From Ramazzottius varieornatus (taxonomy: Eukaryota; Animalia; Tardigrada), in assembly GCA_001949185.1 (NCBI GenBank), contig BDGG01000041.1:1-6779 (forward strand): a stretch of DNA of 6,779 nucleotides. The letters run 5' to 3'. Of this stretch, positions 1-6,779 are shown piece by piece. Position 1 is the stretch's first letter. Every line of letters starts with the position of its first letter. The notes under the pieces were generated by a model. The model made no database searches. It was given only the letters and a program-made list of their open reading frames with translations, and was not told where the DNA came from. The position numbers and the translations under genes are program-made.

Positions 1-26
1 TCGGCCGATTTGCCCTCGGTTTTCAG

Positions 27-2345
27 GTACAGCCGTAAGGGAACTCCCACCCAGAAAATGTTCAAAGACTTCTCTGACCGCTCTGCGGTCGAACTTGCTG
101 CATTGATGACGGTGAGTGGTCTGGCTCAATGGGGTTTTTTGCAGAAGATCGGCGAACAAGAATGCGATCATGTTTCACGTACCTGCATACACTACAGCGT
201 ACAGCTATTGCGGACCAGAAGTACCCATGTTTCACGAGCCTGCATACGCCGAGCCGTACATTTTTCTTGTGTTGTTTTTGCAGAACAACAGTCCGCAGAT
301 GGAATGTCAGATCTGCCTCGCTTTCCTGTTGGACATCCAGCTGTACCCCGGTGTTCCGAACCTTCCCACGGACACCGAGACTACTCGTTCTTATGCGGGA
401 AGTTGGTTGCTGATGGGGGATGTGGAAATTTCTTCCACCGAGGCTGCCTCAGCATGGTCATCCGCCACGGCAAACCATGCCCGAAGTGCACGTAACTGCT
501 TTCTTAATTTTACTTTTTTCTGCCGAATATTTTGCGTGGCATTGGGAATTCGCTCTAACGTGTCGTCTGTGATTGCAGTAGAATAGTGAGGAACATCAAC
601 CTCTGTCCCCCTGTCGTCCAAGGCACTGTGGACGCGATGGACATCTGGACATCGGCTGCCACGGCCCTGACTGGACAGCTAACGCTGCTTCATAGTGGGC
701 TGGAAGCAACCCGGGCGCAATATGCAGCCGTCACTGCGGAACGAGAAGAAGTCCAGCGTCAGAACCGACGGTTACTGCGCGAGGTTGCTGCGCTTAGGCG
801 GGGAACTCCCTATCCGGTTGAGCAACCACCAACGTCCGACGCGTCGACCAGCACGGAAGCAAGCGTCTACGCAAACGCGTCCACATCCACAAAGCAGGTC
901 GTCATGGTCAGCTCTTCCACTTCTACAGATGGTGTCAGTGGCTTTCTCCTCCGTAAAGCGCTTCTTAGCTGCTTGTTCCGACAAGGTGTGGAGCATTTGT
1001 TGGGAATTATTCCCGTAGGGCTTGGTCGCCGCCGATTGCTGTGTTCGTTCCTCGAGTCCTTCCATTTGCTAGAGGAGCTGGATGAGCTTGTTTGGAACCG
1101 TGCAGAGTAGGTGTCGTATTATGAGTGGCGCACGCTTCCAGCCACCAATAATGAAAACGTGCACCACTTCAACAAACTCGACAAGATAGTCTTCCCCAGT
1201 GGCGCACGCTTCAACCATTAATAACGAAAACGTGCGCCACTTGAGATAACGATTTTGTACGTTCATTTGTTCCGCTCTCAACTAATTCTCACGGAATATT
1301 CGGTTATTTTGAATGTTCTCTCTTATAGCGGAGTGAATGTTGACGATGCAGGAAGGACCCTCCATAGAGTGATGGCCGAAAAGCGCTGGTCTCGAGAAAA
1401 TCCGGCGTTTCACCAGCTTCCTTGCCTTCTTTGGAGCCCGTCCTGCCCTCGTGGCTGCCTTCGCTCTTCCGGTCGACTGCGTTCGACCTGCCCATACCTT
1501 CTCGTCTTGTGGAATCGATACAGTAGAATATAAGGAAGCCATGCAGTACGTTGAAGCCATCCTTCGACCCTTTTTCCACCGTGATGGAGGGAATATTGAG
1601 GTAAGCTCACCCCGATACTTTTACCGTGAAAAACAGTTCCGGCATTCTTCGCCATCAGAACTTCTTTCGAAACGTGGTCTTGTTTACAGGTGATCAAGGC
1701 CACCTGCCTCGCATTGGGAACTCCCTTCTTCACCAAGCTCATCTTTCCAGTTGACGGAGGTGCTCTCGGCAGTGAGTTCCACAGCCGAAAGATCTTGGAC
1801 AGCCTCCGTATCACTCTTCGAACAGAAAGAGACAGGTAAGCATCAATGCGGTCAAACATTAGTCCAACAAAGTATCAAGGTCCTTCTGTTGTTTGTAGAA
1901 GTCCTGTGACTCGTTTTCTTCCTTCTCCCATCCAGTTGGCCTGCTACTTGTGTCCCGCAACTGCCGGAAAGATTTCCTGGAAGGACTACAATGTCCATGT
2001 CGTCAGCCAGCACGATGTTGAGGTGCGTCACTCATATCTTTTCATATATTACTTCATGTGAGACATAATTTCCTCTAGGTCACGAGCAACTCTCCGCGAT
2101 GTGAGCGATGCCTGCTCCTGCTGAAGGATCTGTCGGTCGAACAGAGGCTCCACCACGCCTGTTACTGCCCGAAGCGACAAGCTCCTTTGCTGGCCAGTCC
2201 GACCTTTTCCTGGGGTCGCAAAGCACCGGAGCCCGTTGGAGTCCGCCTCCCTGCACCGAATTTTCCTGTGGTATTTGGCGAAGTAGATGTTGAGGTACTT
2301 ACTCTTAACGAGAACTACATTGAAGTTTCTTTCCGCAGTTTTTGA
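27..2345 (+). CDS. Multi-exon zinc-finger protein, putative E3 ubiquitin ligase (C4HC3 RING/PHD-like + coiled coil + C2H2 + UBZ4-like); 5' partial and frameshifted (possible pseudogene or assembly indels). Exons 27..111, 284..491, 579..1106, 1329..1600, 1690..1835, 1936..2022, 2079..2345
   Basis: GT-AG introns at 112..283, 492..578, 1107..1328, 1601..1689, 1836..1935, 2023..2078. Junction phases agree: ALMT|NNSPQMECQICL; CPKCT|RIVRNINL; WNRAD|GVNV; GGNIE|VIKATC; SQHDVE|VTSNSPRCERC. Motifs: CQIC...CGKLVADGGCGNFFHRGCL...CPKC; heptad-like LEATRAQYAAVTAEREEVQRQNRRLLREVAALR; CYLC-x14-HVVSQH; CERC-x14-HACYC. The frame must change inside exons 284..491, 1329..1600 and 1690..1835. The 3' end is uncertain (a possible extra 44-nt intron at 2295..2338). 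Confidence 0.68.
169..260 (+). repeat. Imperfect 35-bp direct repeat (period 57) in intron 112..283
   Basis: CATGTTTCACGTACCTGCATACACTACAGCGTACA (169-203) vs CATGTTTCACGAGCCTGCATACGCCGAGCCGTACA (226-260); 27/35 identical. Confidence 0.85.
1124..1241. repeat. Two tandem copies (period 74) of a 44-45 bp unit, each bounded by 11-bp inverted repeats
   Basis: AGTGGCGCACG(1124-1134)...CGTGCACCACT(1158-1168, 1 mismatch) and AGTGGCGCACG(1198-1208)...CGTGCGCCACT(1231-1241, perfect). Lies in intron 1107..1328. Confidence 0.9.
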
Positions 2346-2425
2346 AGTGGGAACTCCCTATCCGTTTTACTTCGCGTACGAATAATGTCTTTCGTTCTTT
2401 CGTATTTTGTCTTACATGATCCGTT

Positions 2426-5137
2426 TTACATGATAGTGTGAAGCGAGGGTGGAATCATCGCGAATTCGGCATGAATAAAATCGTTTGCCAACACAATCAC
2501 AAGAGGACGCAATAGATCATCGACAGAAACAATTAATTTTCGGTAGGTCTGCGCACACTTTCGAAAGAAATTCTGGGAACTCCCATCCGGTAACCGAAGA
2601 CTCCTCACAGGACGGGAGTCAAACTGTTGCACCACACAGAAAATACTACACTTTCGTTCCAAATCAGCATAAAGATGCCAACAATCTGGACAACCGATCC
2701 GTCTGCAGTACAAAAAAAGGTGTTATCGAATTTTGTGCTTTTACGGGTACCTTGACAGTCCATCAAGATGTTGTCGTCTCGAAGCAGGCGTGAGGCGAAG
2801 CAGGTTCGGCCGCGTTCCAAACCTTCCCGACAGCATGGGAGTTCCCTCAGAAGATCCAACGTTGCTGGATCATCTGAGATGTTCACTGTTGATCCTTGGA
2901 TTAGATAGTAGTGCTTGGTCCGTTCGACATGAGTACCACCCATGATATAGGCCGGGTCTCTCTCCGGACAGAGATGGCGAAACAGGAAGTTGTCCTGCAG
3001 ATACTTGCGTAACATTTGGCTTTCGAGAGCAGCTGATCCTTTCACCGCCCGCATCTCTCGACCCAAGAAGTCTTCAAAGTAAAAACAGCCCAAATGGTAA
3101 ATCGGCCCCCAGTCTAGTCCGTTTTGAGCCAAATGTCTTAGCTGGTGCACGTTGTACACCATGCGCTTGAGGCCATAAATTTGCTGATAATTATGGCAGA
3201 ATCTTTCGATGAGGATTCTGGCATTCTCGATGTTTACTTCTCTGGCGGAAGCAACAAATGACACGTCAGCTAGAAGTAAATGCAACGCCAACGAGAGGTC
3301 CATTGCATTCTCGAACAGGAGACCCGGAAGTACGTCTTTGAAACAGAAAAAGAAGCCGTACAGTAGTAGGTTGACGTACTCTGATGCATGACTTTCTCCA
3401 CTTCGGCTGAGAGGTACCAATGTGCGCTTGAAGGCTGACGGAAATCTGAGGGGACTCCCATACGGACTCCCACAGAAAGGGGACTCCCATACGGTCAGAT
3501 GGATGCATATGCACCGATCAAAATTTCGACGACAGGTTAACCAGTACAGAATCTGTTTGAATGCTAATGTGATACCTGAAATGCTTCATTCTTTGGTCGA
3601 CGATGCGTTCTTCTCGTTCGCCAACAATAAGTTCCGTCGTGTTGGCGGTTTGGGAAGCGAAAGGAAAAGTAATCTTTTTCAGCTTGCACCAGTTTGTCAT
3701 CAGGCCTGTTTTCACTACTCCAAGGGCTACACAGTGCATGTAGTCATGCGTGGAACCCCGAACCGGGCAAAAGCTGGAGATGCGGAGCAGTCTTGTTGCG
3801 TACCTCACGCCAAACACGGGAACTCCCTTCCGCAAAGCTTGCTCAGCACATTGTATTACAGAACGACGTGTTCGAAGCTTCATGTGAGTTTCTGCTGGGT
3901 ACTTTCTGGCCTCTTTTGACCCTTCCTTCTTCATTCCGGAATCGAAACATGTCGTACAACCGTGTTCCGCGTGGAACGAGGAAAGCCCCAGTGCGTCCCA
4001 TCTGGCTTGAGCGTCCGAGTTGAACAAAGGAGCCTTCACGTATGTAGTTCTGAGAGTTCCCTTGTCATCGGTCCAGTCGAGGCCGTTCTTTTCTAAAGCG
4101 AAAACTTCTGAAGAAAAAAAGTCCATCAGCATCTGCGAAGGTGGATGGGATTTCCCTACTGCCAGCGCATGCAGGAAGCGATGTCTGTAGCGTTTTCTTG
4201 AAGGAAGCTCATTGATGATGAAGGACAACATCTTGGTTGAGCCGTTCTTGCTTCCGTTGATGCCGAAGGTCAGCCCGTCATCGACATGGAAGGTCAGCGA
4301 AACATCATCCGGTCCCACGGTCATCTTCTCGTATTTGATCCCGTCGAACAAGTCGAAGTCACGTCCCTCGCTGTTAGCAGGACGGCGATACACGAACACA
4401 TCGTGGCCTACCACCGACTCGAAGTACATCTTCAATGATTCTCTCACACTAATCGTGAAGAATGCCCCACAGATCTCCCTGTCTTCTTCTTTTCCGGTCA
4501 GGTTCAGCTGGCAGGAATCGGAACCACAGGAACCCGTCCCACACAGTCCAGCAGCGTGACCGACATAGTTTCCGTGTTCGAGGCAGTAGTAGTGCTTCAT
4601 GGTCGCCATGTAATGCGGCTCAAGCATCTTGTCGAAGAAGTACAGGTTGCTTGGGAAGTCCGATTTGCTGTTATGCTTCGCCTTTATGTGACGAAGCATT
4701 CTATCCTGATGCTCTCTTGTCATTCCTTGGACGTCCTTGAGGAAGTGGACCACTGATTCAAACGTGGAGTTATCATCGTACTTCTCTGCAGTTCTTTCAT
4801 CCATCATTTCAGACTCGCTTTCTACGTTATCGCATGGAAACTCCCTATCCGCGCCCAGTCCCTCCTCGCACACGTGCTCGTTACTTTCTCCTTCATCTTC
4901 GGACGTGCTCGGATGGCTGGCAGTTTCTTCGTTCCTGCGAATGTCTTCCACATTCTGAAACAAAAATGATCAAGGCGATTCTCAATCAACAGTCAAGGGA
5001 ATTCCCACAGTCCCGCTACGAACAGATGATCTTACCTCATTACGCCGTGGTAAGTAACGTAGTAATCCACGGCTCCTCACTCTAGTCGAAGGCGTACATA
5101 CGCTGTAAACCCTTCTTCGCTTTCTTGGCTTAAACAT
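2426..5137 (-). CDS. CACTA/EnSpm (CMC superfamily) DDE transposase; exons complement(5036..5137, 3576..4954, 2605..3445), 773 aa as written, or about 833 aa ending at 2426 if a 1-nt frameshift near 2640-2675 is repaired
   Basis: Exon 1 MFKPRKRRR...RNE (NLS-like) joins in phase 0 via GAG|GTAAGA...TTTTTGTTTCAG (intron 4955..5035) to the 481-aa ORF. A phase-2 intron 3446..3575 (CAG|GTATCA...CCCCTCAG) joins it to the 271-aa ORF, giving MKHFRFPSAFKRTLVPLSRSGESHASEY. Family motifs: FDGIKY, SLTFHVDDG (D1 about 4277-4282), INELP..R, NSDAQAR (D2 4013-4015), GCTTC (C(2)C 3947-3958), DYMH..LGVVK (3734-3745), ASE..LLY, NVHQLRHL (H(3)H 3133-3147), GPI...CFYFE (E 3073-3075). Family assignment is from recalled motifs, not from a search. 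Confidence 0.9.
2474..2479 (+). promoter_or_regulatory. Candidate polyadenylation signal for the RING/zinc-finger gene
   Basis: AATAAA about 130 nt after the TGA at 2343-2345; it overlaps the antisense C-terminal transposase coding segment. Confidence 0.35.
3450..3494 (+). repeat. Tandem 16-bp repeat GGGGACTCCCATACGG x2 with a partial third core, in transposase intron 2
   Basis: Exact copies at 3450-3465 and 3479-3494, with GGACTCCCA between them (3464-3472). Confidence 0.9.
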
Positions 5138-5592
5138 TCTAGGCCGAAACGAGCAAAACTACGGAGAAAAGTCTCAACCGGAAGCTGAATCCCAACTGCG
5201 TAACTATAAAGCAGGGTTGTGGCACAACTGCTAGTCAGTTTGAGTACTGGAATGAAAACGCAGCGTTAACAGACAGTCGAGCTATCCAGTTGGTTGATAC
5301 TTTGCAAAGACACGCTGAGCGTATTACAAAATCAATTGATCAACTGGTGCCGGAAAACCGAAAATTACATCGTTACGGGGAACCATCGTTGAGTTTCCGA
5401 AAACCCGGATATTACACCCTCCGGAACACAAGCGGATAGACCGCAGCGCTGGGTTATTCTGGACGGGAACTCCCACACGGTCGTAATGACCAGACTGGAT
5501 CACTGATTTCTCTTTAGTGATCCCATACTCTTCCTTCTTTTGACTGCTCCTTTGCTTTGGTAGGTTTTGCGGAATACGTGCACAAAGCCAGG
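5138..5592. promoter_or_regulatory. Probable bidirectional promoter/5'UTR region between the transposase and the Tudor-like gene
   Basis: Lies between divergent ATGs. Contains TATAAA (5205-5210, +), CAACTG at 5193, 5225, 5341 and on - at 5287, the palindrome ATCAATTGAT (5331-5340) and one GGGAACTCCC (5465). Confidence 0.5.
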
Positions 5593-6779
5593 ATGGCAGC
5601 CAGACGACGAACGAGGAACAACTCCGTGGAAGAAGAGGACGCTGAGCTACCTGAAGAAGCCTCCAAAACAACGGGTACTGCTCACCACTGAGGGTGCACC
5701 AAGACTTTCTAGCCTAGCTTTGCCGGTTTATTCTTCCCCTTTTCAGGTCGATCGACCCGAAAACGCACTGTCAAAGACATGGCGGAGTCTGAAGAAGATC
5801 CAGAAAAGCAACGTCTGCAGAAAGCTCACAGCAAACGTAAGTTGTATGCAGCTTGGCTGATGAACGGGTCGGGAATTCCCAGTCTTACATTTTTCATTGG
5901 TTCATGATGTTCTTACGGGAAGCTTATTGTTTCTGCAGATTACATCGTCATCATGTTTGTCGACCAGAGATGCATGATGCTAAACATGGCGGGCCAGAAA
6001 GCGGGTCAGAAATGGAAGCTTGATGATCGTGCTGTTTACGGCGACAATCTTCAAGTTGGTGATTTCATCATCGTCCAGCATCCCTTCAAAATGGACCAAT
6101 TTCAACAATGGTCCAGAGCCGAAATCCGAATGGTCACGTCTGTGCGAAAGTCTGCCGATGGTCTAGTTAAACAACTAGAAGAGAGGGCCATTGTACGTAC
6201 AGATCAACTTTGATGTGTTTTGATCCAGTCTTTGTTATTATTGTGTTATACTGTAACATATGAAGCTGGCCGCAAAAACGGGTTGGGAACTCCCAGTCTG
6301 TTTGAACCTGCAGAGTTTCCCGCAGAAATTTTCCGTATTCCATTTGCAGGGAAGATCTCGAAAGAAAGCTTGCGAACAGCTTTCCCCTTCCCACCAGGAG
6401 AAAGAACAGAGCTTTGTGAATGGCCTGTTCGCTGACTTGGACGGCCCAAAGTCTACACCTGATCGTGAACCTTCTCCTGAAAACTATCTTCCCGAAGAAT
6501 CACAGCAGCTGGATTTGCCTATGACGCAGGACAACGATTCGAGTCTCGGTGAGGAAAACTCCGCCATAGCGAGACAGTCAATACCGGATCAAGCGATCAT
6601 ACCAACGCCGCTGTCAAGTTGCAGCACCGGACAAGGACGCGACAGACATCGTGAAGCCTCACCTGCCTCTCGCTTCACGTCTAATGGAGGACAATGGAAG
6701 TTTGATCCTTTTACTGGGCGCCGATTGACAGGTACGGACCCTCACTACCCGCATGACGTCACAAGTGTGTTTTTCGCTG
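5593..6779 (+). CDS. Multi-exon accessory protein with a Tudor/SH3-like barrel followed by a disordered acidic/Ser-Pro region; 3' partial. Exons 5593..5674, 5747..5836, 5939..6192, 6350..6731
   Basis: Introns 5675..5746 (phase 1), 5837..5938 (phase 1, GTAAGT...TTTCTGCAG) and 6193..6349 (phase 0) splice into one stop-free frame: MAARRRTRNNSVEEEDAELPEEASKTT-GRSTRKRTVKDMAESEEDPEKQRLQKAHSK-HYIVIMFVDQ...LQVGDFIIVQHPFKMDQFQQWSRAEI...EERAI-GRSRKK...WKFDPFTGRRLT. Probable next donor CAG|GTACGG at 6732. An acceptor at 5563|5564 implies a further upstream exon (UTR or coding). Confidence 0.75.

Larger units (their letters stand above)
39..6294 (+). repeat. Dispersed near-palindromic motif GGGAA(C/T)TCCC (kappaB-like)
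   Basis: GGGAACTCCC on + at 39, 801, 1716, 2349, 2575, 3818, 5465, 6285 and on - at 2837. GGGAATTCCC at 4997 and 5871. Variants: GGGGACTCCC at 3450 and 3479, GGGATTTCCC at 4147, GGAAACTCCC at 4836, GAGAGTTCCC at 4052, GGGAATTCGC at 544. Confidence 0.95.
1..6779. mobile_element. Interior of a large CACTA/EnSpm-like (CMC) DNA transposon carrying at least two accessory genes; termini lie outside the window
   Basis: Central CMC transposase, tight gene packing (80 bp between convergent stops, 455 bp between divergent starts) and one shared dispersed 10-mer through all three genes. No TIR or TSD seen, so inclusion of the flanking genes is inferred. Confidence 0.6.

Noticed and set aside
112-144. 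33-nt intron using the TTTTTTGCAG acceptor at 144, making 145..491 one open exon
   Set aside because: It would keep ORF 10..495 in frame but lose the CQIC pair and translate the repeat and poly-T tract; the stronger acceptor at 283 is preferred, though this alternative is not excluded.
1500-1760. Faint resemblance of IDTVEYKEAMQYV...NIEVIK to the start of a PARP catalytic domain
   Set aside because: No HG(T/S) or G.Y catalytic motifs follow.
391-1859. - strand ORFs (391..621, 772..1065, 1069..1281, 1282..1560, 1304..1579, 1410..1859)
   Set aside because: Splice signals and zinc-finger motifs consistently support the + strand; I could not build a coherent - strand exon chain.
2625-2650. 26-nt GT-AG micro-intron that would repair the transposase frameshift (a 29-nt candidate at 351..379 would do likewise for gene A)
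   Set aside because: Far shorter than the 56-222 nt introns supported elsewhere, with weak splice signals; a 1-nt indel is simpler. Only cDNA can exclude it.
2712-2718. U7 run as a programmed -1 frameshift site in the transposase
   Set aside because: It is not a properly phased X XXY YYZ heptamer, and the zero-frame peptide after it (TADGSVVQIVGIF) looks more like the expected beta-strand segment, placing the shift later.
3422-5085. Several + strand ORFs (3422..3919, 3694..4023, 4212..4559, 4462..4740, 4556..4756, 4737..4958, 4834..5085)
   Set aside because: Antisense shadows of the transposase exons, with no recognisable motifs.
39-6294. Dispersed 10-mer or the twin hairpins as a CRISPR array or bacterial REP/uptake sequences
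   Set aside because: Spacing is irregular (tens of bp to about 900 bp), there are no cas genes, and the DNA is spliceosomal-intron eukaryotic.
1-6779. CACTA/CACTG terminal inverted repeats
   Set aside because: Isolated CACTA/CACTG pentamers occur, but I saw no matching inverted pair with a target-site duplication or subterminal array.

Overview
Eukaryotic, intron-containing DNA (short GT-AG introns of 56-222 nt), so the unspliced ORF track is misleading. Reading the splice sites by hand resolves three tightly packed genes. (A) A + strand gene entering from the left (exons from 27 to about 2345). It encodes a C4HC3 RING/PHD-like finger, a coiled coil, Ser/Thr repeats, a C2H2 finger and an SLX4-type UBZ4-like C2HC finger, and is interrupted by several apparent 1-nt frameshifts. 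(B) A - strand, three-exon CACTA/EnSpm (CMC superfamily) DDE transposase (ATG 5137, stop 2605, or 2426 if one frameshift is repaired) with a recognisable D-D-E triad and C(2)C and H(3)H motifs. (C) A divergent + strand gene (ATG 5593, runs off the right end) with a Tudor/SH3-like barrel. The most striking unexplained signal is a near-palindromic, kappaB-like 10-mer, GGGAA(C/T)TCCC. It occurs 11 times exactly plus about 6 close variants, across all three genes, in introns and in exons read in different frames. This suggests the whole window is the interior of one large multi-gene DNA transposon tiled with a protein-binding site. No element ends are visible.
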